A stretch of DNA of 64,000 nucleotides from the human T2T-CHM13v2.0 reference genome, Homo sapiens. The position numbers and the translations under genes were made by a program. Under the pieces are notes generated by a model, which did not search any database, had not been told where the DNA came from, and was given only the letters and a program-made list of their open reading frames with translations. The DNA lies in assembly GCF_009914755.1 (NCBI RefSeq), contig NC_060932.1. The stretch is one strand, 5' to 3'. Shown here one piece after another: positions 45,462-59,589 of this stretch; position 1 is the stretch's first letter, and every line of letters begins with the position of its first letter.

Positions 45462-46480
45462 AGCTTGAAGTTGGATATCCAAAATGGCCGTGCAAGCTTA
45501 GGCTGGGGATTCTGGATGCAACGTCTTTACAACCTTACCTAGATATCTGCTACTCACATTTTTGGTAGTGTTTCAAACGTTCTTTATCCAGACAGACAAT
45601 GTTTAAGAGAAACAACTTATTTCTGTTAATATTTACCGGTAGAATTCACACCCTCTATCATAAACATATGCTGCAGAAAAAAAATGTCTTGTGGTCTTTC
45701 AAATGCTCTTTAGCACAATATAAAAATTCGTAACCTTGCTGTAGTATTTTCCTACAAAATGTTACTCTGCTTTCTTTTAAGAATCCAAACTTTAAGGATG
45801 ATAACTTACAGTCTAAGAAGAAAACATTGCATATAAAAAGTTACTTTTTTGGAAACATAAAAGTACGTTTTAAAACTTGAACATGACATCATTAGCACTA
45901 ATTCTGGTTTAAATGAAAGTCCTGCAGAAATGCCAAAGAAGGCAGGGCAGAGCGGCACGGATTCTAGGTAATTAAAAGTGAAAGAGGCAGAAGAATAGTG
46001 GACAGAACTGCAGGATAGTCCTTAAAATAATGGTGGTGGGAAAGGAAAACACAGAATGCTCCTGGCAATTCTAAATTCCTAGGTTTGCCTTTCTAGAATT
46101 CCTTAAGAAGCTGACAGAGAAATCAGAGGGTTACAAGAATTTCAGAAAATTTACTCCAAGTGAGAGGACATACTCACAACTCCTATGAAGGGTTTCTAAG
46201 GTCTTTGTCCTGTGCAATTTGACAATGTGCCATTTCTGTGCTGTCTCTGCCCTCTCCCTATCCGTTTGTTATGGGATGGGGGGTTACCCTGGGAATTATT
46301 TCAGCTGCTTCTTACACAGATGCCTCTCAAGGTGTTCTTTTGTGTCCTCTATTTTCTTCTTGTGAACTGTTAAAGCTACATGCATTATTTTTTTTCCATT
46401 TACTGAAATAAAGTTTTCAAGTTCTAAATAAAAATGTTCTGACTCGATGAAATAAATAAAGGCTACAAAAGAAGGAAGAA
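45462..46480 (+). other. ADAM7: ADAM7 exon 22: last nt of the stop codon plus 3'UTR (3' end approximate)
   Basis: tttctatttAG acceptor; first base A completes TGA; largely repeat-free sequence up to the AATAAA cluster. Confidence 0.85.
46407..46460 (+). terminator. Polyadenylation signal cluster
   Basis: AATAAA at 46407, 46427, 46451 and 46455, followed by a GU-rich element (tgttgtccttgttgacattgttgttg). Confidence 0.85.
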
Positions 46481-49400
46481 AGGCTGTTGTCCTTGTTGAC
46501 ATTGTTGTTGCTCTGCTGACTTGTTTTTCTCCTGGAGCGGAGCCTGCCTGCAGCACAGCACAGCGGTGACTCAGCACTGGATACCACAGGAGCTTTCCTT
46601 CGGCGTCTGCTGTTCTAATCAAAGCCGCCACTTTAAGAAAGGGTGTTGACAAATGTGTACTCAAAGCCAAAGAAACTAATTTAAACGTTTTATGTAAATT
46701 TGAGGGAAAAAAAAAAACCCAGAAACTCCACATCTGATATATGCTGGCCTCATTAAAGCAAACAATAAGCCTCTGATGTCCAAAATTAAGGAACAACCAC
46801 ATCTTCATATTCTCCTGAACACTGCATATGTGAATGAACAAAGCACATTTTGATGATATCGTATTTCCTTTATAAAAAGGATCACCTTTCTGATTCATTA
46901 TTTTTGTATTTCCTCCATATCACTTTCAGACAACATCACCTCTCCCCATTGCTTCTGTCTTGGGCTCCATATTTAACTAGCTGCTACTTTCTGGTGAATT
47001 TTTTCTAAGTTCTTCTCTCTCCAATAATAAACATGTCTTGTACCCCCTCCATTCTCCCACCTCGTTGCTTCCTGTTCAGATCTCTTTAGCTTTCTAATTT
47101 GCTTCCTTTTCCTTCCAACAACCCCAGAAGCCTCTGACAGTTAGGCCCCTTTTCAATTTTAGGTCACGTTCTCCAAGTTTGTCCATATGTAGACCCCAGG
47201 CCTTAGGACTTTCTATTCCTTTTAAATGCTGTTAGGAAGCCTCTCCTTCCAATGTCTACAGAGCAGAATCAAACGTCACAGCTCCTCGTTACTTGTTGAC
47301 CCCTTGTCAGCCCAGTTCTGCCATGACTGTGGAGCCAGTTACTGGCCGTGATTTCCCAGGAATGGACATCGGGAGTCCCTGCCCCATACATGGACATAGC
47401 TGGCACTTGCCCAAACTCAACTTGAGTTTGTTGTGTTTTGAGATGCTGTGTTTTAGGGTATGGGGTTGTCCTTGCAGTTGGGTCATGCCCCTCTGCTCTG
47501 AACAGACACAGATTTATATGGAAGCAAATGATCTTGCCCTTTAGAGCCCATAATATGTACTGCCCTTTTCAACACCATTTATCTAATTTTGTATTTACAT
47601 TTTTAAATGGCCTTCCATAGGCTGGATTTGGGTTGGGGAGGAGAAATCCAAAATATTTATAAGCAAAAATGCTAAAACCTATGGAAAACAAATAGGACAA
47701 AGATGTTTCTTGGCTATCCTGGGACTGGAGGCACAGCTAAGGTGAGGCAGCTGAGGTGAGGAGTGGACTAGCCAGGGATGGAATTAGGATCACAGTTGGG
47801 CGGTGTTCTGAGAATGAGAGAAGCATGGAAGGGTTGCCAAGCTCTCCACTCACCCCTGCGACATGCACAGAAGTGGGTACCCGAGAGAGCACCACGGAGA
47901 GTAAAATCCAAGAGAGGACTGAAAGCTGATGGGCTTTGATTACACTCCCAACCCACACAGAGATCAGTGGCCTGAGGGCTGAAGTTTTACAGGCCCCCGG
48001 GGTTTAAGCAAAACCTCTGTCCAAATTACTGACCCCTATAACCTGCCAACCCCAGGGCAACCCATAGAAAAACAAGATAACATATAAAAGTGAGAATTAA
48101 AACCTGAGCAGAGATGTCCGTGGCTATACGCTTCAAGCAGAGATGTCCGTGGCTGTACACTTCAGGAAGGGAGTTAAGGGAGAGGATGGGGGAAATCGAT
48201 TGTGCAGTTTAAGTCCAGCCCAGCCACTTTTTAAAACACTCCAAACAATAAATTGGAATCCACACTTGCTATAAGATATTATCAAAATGCTGTTGTGCCA
48301 AGGAATCTCAATGCACATATTTACATCAGTTCTGCCAGGAACACACCAATGACAACACAAAACAAAACCTTCACTGACGGATGACCTATCATCAGCATTC
48401 CCAATATACCAGCAATTATTCTCAAATATCAGCCATCTCCCCACAGCTATTCTGCCTTTTTCTCAAAGTATCTGTCCTGCCGGATGATTCTAGAATTCAG
48501 AAACTCACATCGTATGTGCTAAAATTAAGAAGTCATATTCCAAGAAAGATAATAACTTCTTTATTAGTGGGCAATTGTCTGTGTACCTGACAATGCATCA
48601 GCGACATCCATGGAAGAGCCACTAGGTGGCCACATAGCTAACAAAATTCTTGTTAGCTAGAAAACTGCTCCAGGCTGCTGCTGTCCCTTTTCCAGGTAGC
48701 ACTAGGCTGTCAAAATCATGACTTTAAGTAAATTTCTTAAGGAATTTGATCAATTCCATTCTTGATGATTCCAGATGGAAATCTTGGTGAATTGTTTCAA
48801 ACACTGCTTTCGTCTCTGGCAGAGTTGTGGATGGAAATAGGCAAACAGGAACCATATCCCTAAAACGAAAGGGGAACTGGGTTCTCAGCTAGAAAGCTTT
48901 GAATGGAGATTTTAGACTGGAAGGATAAATCTTCTTTACTCTCAGTTATGAAGCCCAATCTTCTTGACATTGGCATTTGGATAAACCCCAAAAAACCCAG
49001 GGTCCTTAAAACTACTGCGAGTGGGTGTCTAGTTTTTGTTGTTGTTTAATTATATATTATCTGTTCCTTTTTTTTTTGAAGGCCATCAAATTAGCTTGGC
49101 CGACTGCTGCCATGGAAACCTGAAGTGCTCCCACCTCCCAGGGGATGTATAATGGATGGTGAATGTCAGAAGCCTGCATCCTGTGTTACTTATCTGACAT
49201 TGTGGTGGACTGTTGATGACAACTGATGTCCTCTACTAATCATCACCATTGTGTGAGAAATATTGATTAGATTCCTAGGCTTTTTGAGAAGCTTCCTGAT
49301 CACTTTCTAATTGAAGTTCAGGCTTTTAGGAAACTCAAGAGCTGATGTATAGGGAAGTGAGGGTCTAGTGGGCTGGACAGAATCCATTAACATCTGTCTC

Positions 49401-50677
49401 CAGGAAAAGTTGTAATTGTGAGACATATGTAATGGGTATTGATTGCTAAGGAAAGAACATACATATAACTTTAAACCTTAGAAGTCTCCAAGGACAAAAA
49501 AAAATATGGAAAAGGGGGGGTCTTTGGGATTGCAGGAATGCTGGCTGGGAAGAAATTGTATCAGAGCTGTCTTAGAGGATCTTAGATAAGTAAATTCAAA
49601 AGCCAAAGTCTCTTGCCCAAGGATACGAGAGATATGCTACTACAGCAGCTAGAACAAACAGCATTTCGTGAGTGGACACTATTTGTCAGAGATTATTCTA
49701 AGCACTTCATACGTATTATTTCATTTAACTTAAAACAATGAGTTAAATACTATTACTATTTTCATTTTACAGCTTGGAAAACTGATATGAAAAAAGTCAA
49801 ATAATTTGCCAAAAGAGACAACTGATTAACTAGTATAGTCACAATTCTAAGCCAGGAAGTCTAACTCCAAAGAGTATGCTTTTAATCATTATTATGCTAC
49901 TGATATTAATACAACTTTGACAGGAAGAATGCACAGCCCTCACCCCCAAAATTCAGAACTGTGTAAATATCTCACTCCCATTCTCGTCTTCCATCTACCA
50001 TCCACCATACTTCCCAACCACAGTATAATGGTGCGTGAGTTAACATATCAGGTAGGAAGCGCAAAGCTAGGCAGCTGTCACCTCCCAATTCAGCCAGAGC
50101 ATGGCTGAGATGTTTTTGTCCAAGGAAGAACTGTATTTGGGGATGGACTAAAACTTAAACACTCTTTGAAGCCCTCATTGGCCACTTCCTAGCAGACACT
50201 TTGGGATCCTTGAATCTTTCCCTTGTGTTATAGTGACCTCAATTTCTGGATGATCCCTTCTTAATAGAATAGACCTCTACTTGGGTGGTGCTTTAATTCA
50301 GCTTAGTGTGTTTGGGCAAGCTGTCTGTTGCTGTCTCTGCCATCACTGTGCATAAAAGGGAAGACGGTGGGTCAGGGGATGGCAGCGGCCAATCAAGAGA
50401 TAACAGCCCTCTGCTAAAGCTTCCTTCCTTGCTTTAATCAAATGAAGAATGCACCAGATGAGGGTCACTTGGAACACATAGGGAAAGGTAGAATGCCTAC
50501 AAAGAATCTTCCAGACCCCATACTACTGCATTTCCATGAAATGCACAAGGTCCATGGGAAGGATTATTTTACAAATGAGGAGGCTAGGGATTAAGAGGTC
50601 CTCAAACACACAGCCAAGAAATGGCAAAACAGGAATCACAGGCCTCAGACCAAAGCCACCATCCGAACAGTAACTCA

Positions 50678-51010
<333 letters not shown>

Positions 51011-52654
51011 TCAGTTAGTGGGCCCTCCCCAATCCTAGCCAAAAGGAGCACAGTATCCATTTCATTTTCACATCTTCAGGTTCTTCAAAGTCATGCCTAA
51101 AGTGGGGAAAGAATTAAAAGATCTACTGTCATTCTAACAGGATTCAAAGAGAGGAACCACTGGATGGAAAAATGTGAATTATTTTAGACAAAGCCTTTAG
51201 CATTTAAAATACTCCTCATCCCATAATTAATCTATTCCTTTCTCTCACGTTATCAGCATCAGTGCCTTGATATCAAAGTGTATGTCAATAAGTCACAGAA
51301 GGGAAGATAATAGTTGGAGTGACCTTCTGAGCTTCTAGGTTGTTCTACCCTCTCCCTTAAAGTCCTGGCTCAGGGGTGTGCCTCCTCAGGTCCACCAGGG
51401 AAAGCAGCTGTAGAGTAATCTGATCCTCTCCAAAATGTCCGTGACGCTGTCTCTGAAGAAGGACATTTCCCAAGTTTAAGCTATCATTACCTACTGCAGT
51501 CTTCTGTCTGGCTGAAGGAAGGAAGAAATAATCTCCTAAAGTGGCACATTGTGCAAATCTGATGCGTCAATCTTGAAGCACTGCCAAGCAATTCAGAAGA
51601 GAAATAAATCAATTCATTCCATCTCCTTAATGCTGCCGTGTCTAACAGGTTTCTATGCTGAAAATATCACCAGCTGGACACTGTGACACTTAATATTGCA
51701 CCTTCAGAAATGAATTATCAGGCACAAGCCCAGTCTGATGTCATTCTCCTTCCCTGGTTCACTTGAATCTTCAAGAGAAAGAACACTCAGGCTCAGAAGG
51801 AACAATGATAAAATGGTAGAACAACATGACATCACCTCCGCATCACAAAACAGGCAAAGTTATAATCCTCTTCACTAGGATCCCTCTGTGACTCCTCTAA
51901 ACAGAAACAATAACAAAAAAGCAGAGGCAGAGATTAAGCACACTTACAGATTTCAGAGGGGAAAAAACTTAGAAAAGTAAAAAACGAATGTGGACTGATG
52001 CCATGTAGGTTCTATTTACTTATCCATTAACGTCTTTGTTCAACATGTACTCATCGCATACTGGCTGTGTTAGAGGTATTATTCTAGGGACATGTAGATA
52101 TGTAGGTGTACACAGCCCTGCCCTGAGAAAACCAAGCTTTGTGAGCAAGCAAAACAGGCTTCTAAATGGATGGTCATAAATTATGTGATGTCTGTATCAA
52201 AACATCTCATGTATCCTCTGAATATATATACCTACTCTGTACCCACAACAATTAAAAATTAAAAGTTTAAAAATAAAATACATTGCCACATATACATGAA
52301 AAATGAAATTCTGGAAAAAAATTAGAAAAATAAATTAATGTGATACATGGCACCAAAGAGGAAGGCAGTAGGTGAAATTGCCCAGGGGAATGAAGAGGAG
52401 GCTTCTAATGCTTGTTGGAATGGAGAAGGCGTCAGAGAGGTAACTTTTAATCAAGGTCTTAACAAAGGTACAAGGGTTTGCCAAGCAGAGAATTAACATT
52501 CCAGGGAGAAGCAGCGAGTCTAAGCATACCTGAGTTTGGTAGGTCTGATCACAGAAAGTAGGTTAGTGTAGTTATATCATGAGGTATATAGGAAAGCATG
52601 GTATGAGAGGACATTAAAGACAGGCTGCATTGGATATTCTATGCTGTGGTTATC

Positions 52655-52946
52655 TGTTGTTGTTTGAGACAAGGTCTTGCTACATGGCCCAGGCTGAAGA
52701 GCAGGGGCATGATCTCGGCTCACTGCAACATCTGCCTCCTGGGTTCAAGTAATTCTCTTGCCTCAGCCTCCTGAGTAGCTGGGACTACAGACGTGTGCCA
52801 CCATGCCCAGGTAATTTTTTAATTTTTTGTAGAGACAGAGTTTCACAATGTTGGCCAGGCTAGTCTCAAACTCCTGGCCTCAAGTAATCTGCCTGCCTCA
52901 GCCTCCCAAAGTGCTGGGATTACAGGCATGAGCCACTGTGCCTGGC
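52655..52946 (-). mobile_element. Alu (J-type)
   Basis: Reverse Alu; TSD tgtgg(t/a)tatct. Confidence 0.92.
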
Positions 52947-54289
52947 ATGGTGTGGATATCTTAAAGGCAAATGACTTGGTAAAATAACTTAAATGAAAGT
53001 AACAAGGTAAAATTTGTGTTTTAGGGGGGAGAACTGCATGATTTTGAAGGTTGGATAAAAGAAGGCTACTGTACTGTCCAAGTTAGAAGATATGAAACCT
53101 CAGAGAGACTGGAGTAGTAGAAACATAGATTAAAGGAGGGCTATAAGAAGTTCTTTTTTGATTGGATAAGGGAACAGGGATGAGGTCAAGGGCAGAGTTG
53201 ATGCTGTCTTCTATGTTTCTGATTTGTGTAGATGAAGTTTTATGGGTTCCTTAACCAAGAAAAGAAAGTAAGAGAGAAGCAGGTTAGATTGGAGATGACA
53301 ATGGAGCTTAAGTTTGATGCATTTTTAACTTTCTTATGTAAATAAATATAGTGAATTAATATAACAATAAAAGTGTACTGGTAAGTTTATGTAATCAAAT
53401 TGGGGTAACTGAGATACCTATCATCTTAAATATTGTCTTTTTTTAATGCGAGGAACACTCAAGTTATTTTTTTCCAGCTACTTTGAAATGTACAATTGAT
53501 GAATGTTAAGTGTAGACACCCTACTAATGTATCCTGAAAATATGTACACGTATATCAACCAAAAAATCTAAAAAAACAAGTATACTAAGAAATACTCAGA
53601 TAAGTTTTCCTAAAAAAATTACTTAAAAATACGCATTCAATTTTACTCAGTTATTGTGTTAACAGTTGACTATCTAGAACTTTGGACTAGGAGCAGAGGG
53701 TATATAGTACAGTGTAGGTTTATCAAATATTGTTTTAGATTTAAAAGAAACGTGTTCCTTTTATAGGTTTTGAAAACAAAGCCCAATGAAGTTAAACAGC
53801 TAGTGGAAAATAAACAAGATATGGATAATTGTGTAAACAGGACCCAACTCTCCTAGCTTCTTATGTAGTACATGGTCCCTGCTCATCTGCAGACTCATTG
53901 GTGAGATAAAGACTATTAGGCTATTCCAAAAATTCTCTACAAACCCCAAAGACTTTATGGCTCTCCTGAATAAGCCCCTCTGTGACTTTCACTCTAAGCC
54001 CCAATACAGGCCTCTCAAGGAAGAAAGTTAAGGTCCCCTGAAGCAAGAAAGTCATTTTATTTGAAAAGACAGAATGACAATTTTATCCTATTCTACCCAA
54101 CACAATCTTCCTTGTTTCCCCATCTTGGAACACTAAGTCCGCTGCAAATGTTTAATATCTTTTATATCTTCCATGTCTCTACTTAAATTTTTGAACATAT
54201 TGATTATTATTTTAATGAGTGTTCTGAGCCTAGTCTGCTAAATCAAACATCTGTGTCTGTTCTAGGTTAATTTTAAGTTTTCTTTTCAT

Positions 54290-54768
<479 letters not shown>

Positions 54769-55457
54769 TCCTGTGAAATACAGCTGCCTTACTCTGCTTG
54801 GATCCATAGCTCCTTCTGCTCACCTCAGGGAATCCACTGGGCTCTGCCTGGGTTCCCCCTTCTTTGTGCTGCAGCCTGAAAACTCTGAAGGCAGTGAGTT
54901 TGGGAAATCAAATAGTTCAGATCCTTCATTTCCAGTCTCTCAGGATTCATCATCCTTCATTGTTGGATGGCTTGTGCCTTAAACTGTTGTTTTCATACTG
55001 TTTGCCTTTAAGTGTTTGCAGTTGTTCCAGATAAAAGGGTAAATCTGGTCCCAGTTTCTCTAGTTAATGCCTGTTTCGATACAAGTAAAGAGGGAGGTTG
55101 AATTGTAGCTTCCCTAGCTGGTAAAATAGTGAACAAGAAAGCTAAAGAAATATACCTGGTACAAAACACCAAAAAGGTCTGAAAAGTTCTGGAATTATTT
55201 TTTAACTTTTAAATGGATTGCTGTTTTGATAAGAAAGTAAAGGTTATCCTGAGTCCAGAAACAATGAGAAACATAAATCCAGAAATGTAAGCTAAATACA
55301 AACCACTTTAATCACAACCTCAATGTTTCATCTCACAGTAAGCTTCCTGTGAACATGAGACTATGTTTTAGAAAATCACAGAGTGGAACTGGAACTCAGT
55401 CATCCAGAACAAGGGTCAGTAGAAAAAGTAAACAACAATGTTAAGACTCACAAATAT

Positions 55458-55745
55458 GGCCCGGTGTGGTGGCTCACACCTATAATCCCAGCAGTTTGGG
55501 AGGCTGAGGCAGATGGATCATCTGAGATAAGGAGTTCAAGACCAGCCTGGCCAACATGGTGAAACCCCATCTCTACTAAAAATACAAAAATGAGCTGGGC
55601 ATGGTGGTGCTTGCCCATAGTCCCAGTTACTCAGGAGGCAGGAGGATTGCTTGAGCCTGGGGGTGGAGGTTGCAGTGAGCCAAGTTTGCGCCATTACACT
55701 CCAGCCTGGGCGACAATAGTGAAACTCCATTAAAAAAAAAAAAAA
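55458..55745 (+). mobile_element. Alu (S-type)
   Basis: TSD AAG(A/C)CTCACAAATAT at 55443 and 55746. Confidence 0.93.
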
Positions 55746-58700
55746 AAGCCTCACAAATATAATCAGTTTTGGAATAGACTCAAAATATAAAATAAGTACA
55801 TTCATTATATTTAAAAAGTTATAGGATGACCAGAAGAATAGAAATATTAAATAAAAATAGTCTGTGTAATTTAAAACACACATAACATAGTTGAAATTTA
55901 AAATGCAATGGATGTATTGAGCAGCATTTTGGACATAAACAAAGAGATAATTAGTGAGCTTTAAGGCAATTCTAAAGAAGTTATTCCAAAATACATCATG
56001 TAGTTGAAAATAAAAATAGTTGAAAAATAAAAGACTAGTTGAAAGATGTAAGAGAAAGTGAAAAGATGTAACATATCTAACTGAAGTGATGATAGAATGG
56101 GTTGACATTATTCAAATAATGATGGATATATTTGTTCCAGTAACGTGAAAAAGAAAGAGATGAAAAAGAAAAGAAAAAATATTTTCAAAACTAGAGCATT
56201 TCGGTTTCCAGGTAAAAAGTACTCTTCTTAAAAGTCATAGTAAAATTTCAAGTCATAGGGTTTAAAGTGAAGAATCCAATACCTCCGAGAGAAAATACAG
56301 GTTATAAAAAAGGGATTAAGAATAGGATGGCATTATATTTCTTAATGCAGCTTGAGAAGTTAGAAGAAAATGGAGCAAAGCCTTCAAGAATTGAAGGAAA
56401 ATGCTCATCAGACTGCACTTTCTTACTTGCAAGACAGCAAGTAACAAAGGTACAAATGGAAGTACAAGTAACTTACTTAGAAATATAGAGGTAGCTGGTA
56501 GTGGGAATGTAAAAGTATGGAATGTCTAGTATACAACAAATGAGAATCAGAAGTGGTAACATATGGGGCAGAAGCTCATGTATTTCATTATAAATCTTTG
56601 GATATTATTTGATATTTTAAACTATGTGTACATTTTATGAAAAAAATATTTTCGAAGAAGATAAGGTAGCTGTCCATCACAAGACACAGTGAGCTAATTA
56701 AGAAATTCGACTTCTGGTTCATACAAATGAGTAAATAACTTAGACAATTTTGCTAAAAACTTAATAATTTTATTTTCCAGTTGAAATACCAAGAGATGCA
56801 AATTTTTTTGGTCTTCAATGTATAAAGATCAAAATATCTAATATTATATCTCATATATCTATATTTCGGTACTTATGGATGTGTGTATAGATAGATAGAT
56901 AGATAATATAAATATAGATTTTTTTTTTAAATTTCAAGTTGACTTCCCCACTGGAGAATTCATGCAGAGTAGGATGAAGGGGGTATGTCCACAAGGTTGA
57001 GTCAGGGAGGACCAGGACTGTCCCTTTATCATCTCTACTTAGTGCCAGAAGGACAATATGAAATTGTGACTGAGAGAAAAGTTGAGGCTGAGCCAGAGAG
57101 GCATGTGCAAAATGGGCCCTTAAAATTGCAGTAGAGGAAGCATCAAGAGTCCACATATTGAAATCAACTGGAATTGGAGAGCTAGTCAATTTGGTGAGAA
57201 CTGGCTGAAATGAGGGAAGTAAATAACAAGTGGCCTGGAATAATTCCAGACATGAAAGCCAATGTCTACCACTAGGCTTGTACAAATTCTCCACATACGT
57301 TTGCATAAGTGAGTTCTTCCACTTAAAAAAGGATGGGACAAAAAATGACCTCAGTCTGTCATATGATGGGAGGCCTCAAAATTAAAAGCAATACATATAT
57401 ACCCAAACACACAAAGGACTGAATTTTGAAATTCAATCCATAGCCTCTATGAGCCCTCCAAACAGATGAAATAGATGAGATTACCAGTCTGCAAATGATC
57501 AGGACAAAGCTCATTGTTGTGATGGTGAGACAGCATCATTGGATGACAGCATCACTAGCATCTGACTCACTTGACAAAGTATCTGTATCCTGCCTTTTAC
57601 TAAAAAGCCTAGCACTGAGGTCTCATTTATTCTAGGTAATGAGCACACTTCTTTGCTTTAAGGAGCACTGTTAAGATAGGAGTGTTAAAATCAAGGCTTT
57701 ACCGATAACAAGGATTTTTAAAAGAGATTTACTACTTTAATTAGAACCAATGATTAGAAAGTCTTGCATTACATTGCAGTACTTAGAATATGAGAATGCA
57801 ATTTTCCTTCAGTCACTAAGATAATAATTTTTATGAGTGTATTCAGAGGATGTGCATATGTATAAGATAATTGGAAGACGGTTTTTAGAAGAATAGTTAT
57901 GTCACAAGAAAATTTTAAAAATTCACTAAGCTACTGATATTAATACTTGCATTCATTTGTTAAAATCTTTCCCTTTTCACAGTCAAATTTCCTACTTATA
58001 CATGTGAAGTGTATAGTTTTTCCCCCATTACAAGAGGTGCAAAGTTTTTCCTTAGGAAAGTTGCATTTTGGCAAGATATTCGAAATAAAAGAAACACAAT
58101 TGTTGTTTTAGTTTTAGCTTTAGTTTAGTTTTTTTTTTTTTTAAAGAAAGTCAGTGATAGTCACAGAAATATTAGGATTTCTAATAGGTCCTCAGAGTAT
58201 GATTGAAAAGGTCATGTCAAGACAGGGTCAGCAGTATACCTTGGCACTGAGTGAGTTTGAATTGGTTTAGGAGATGAGATCATATTTATCTGAAAGGAAG
58301 CAGAAAAGATACTCTAAATCATTTTTGTTCTCAGGAACTTATATCAGCTTAGGAAGAAGGACTAATATGTTCAAGAAAACAATCCCATTGTAAGTGGCAC
58401 GCATTAACCTTAAATAGACTTGGTGCACAGGGTGATCTATCCCTATAAGTGAGTTTGTGTGTTAGAACCTGAAGGACATTGTGAAATTCTATTTTTCAGG
58501 CTCTAAACATGGGTCATTGTGGGAAACAGAAAATGAAAGAGGCAAAGATGTTAAATTTCTCTTTACAAAGTTGCATGATTTACTAGTTAAAATCAATAGG
58601 GACTACCTGTAGTAATATACAAATAAATAATGATTTTTAAGATAGAAACATGAGAGACATCTGACTTGCCATCCTCGTTCTCAGAACAGCAAATGGCTCA

Positions 58701-59589
58701 TCTGAGATCTTAGAACAGATGCAGAACAATAACACAGGCTCTTCTTCCATAACAAGGGCATCACATACTCTTCCTCTAACACAGAAGTGGATCATGAAGG
58801 GCTTTGCCAACCCCACTGCCCACCTCTCACCTAAGTAAAAAATCTACTAGGAGTTTTCAAAACAGCTGTGTATTATTGGAGAGGAGGCCCTTAGGATGAA
58901 GATACCGATGATGCCTACTTAAATGTGTCTTCTGTACTGAATATTAAGTACAAGAGTAAAATCCTAGTTTAAAGAAAAATTTGGAAGAACACTATTCTAA
59001 GTAGTAAGCTTTCTATGTCCAATTGTGGGGAAATTTTTGGCTTGTTTTATTTTCTCAGTTTTTCGTCACTTGATTGTGAATGAGAATAGCCATTTCTCCT
59101 GCTGTAACACTGTGCTATGCAGTAAGCACTCATTTATAGAACACGGTACTAGATCTGCTGTACATATATATCAAAGCATTGGTTCCTGATTTGGTGATCT
59201 TTCTCTTCAATTCACTTTACATAAAAAGTCTCAAAATAATTGTAATTCCTGTTCATGACATTCTAACATCCTTACCAGTGAGAGAATATATGCCAGATAT
59301 AGAAAATATAACAGTTGTTCTTCCCCCATGTTAAATGTATGAACACATGGGAATTGAGATACACAGAAAGCAGCTTCAAGCAAGGATACTTATTGTCATT
59401 GTCTGTGTCATTCATTAGAAGTTCTATGGGGATAAAATAGCCATAGCCAGATAGTTGTTTTTATTTATACATAACCAAATTTTATAAAATTTAGCTTTCA
59501 AAGTCTACTAAGCCATCAACAAATATTTAATTGGCACCTACTATGTGTTCAGCCCTCAGAAATACTACTAAATATACATGATAACTATT

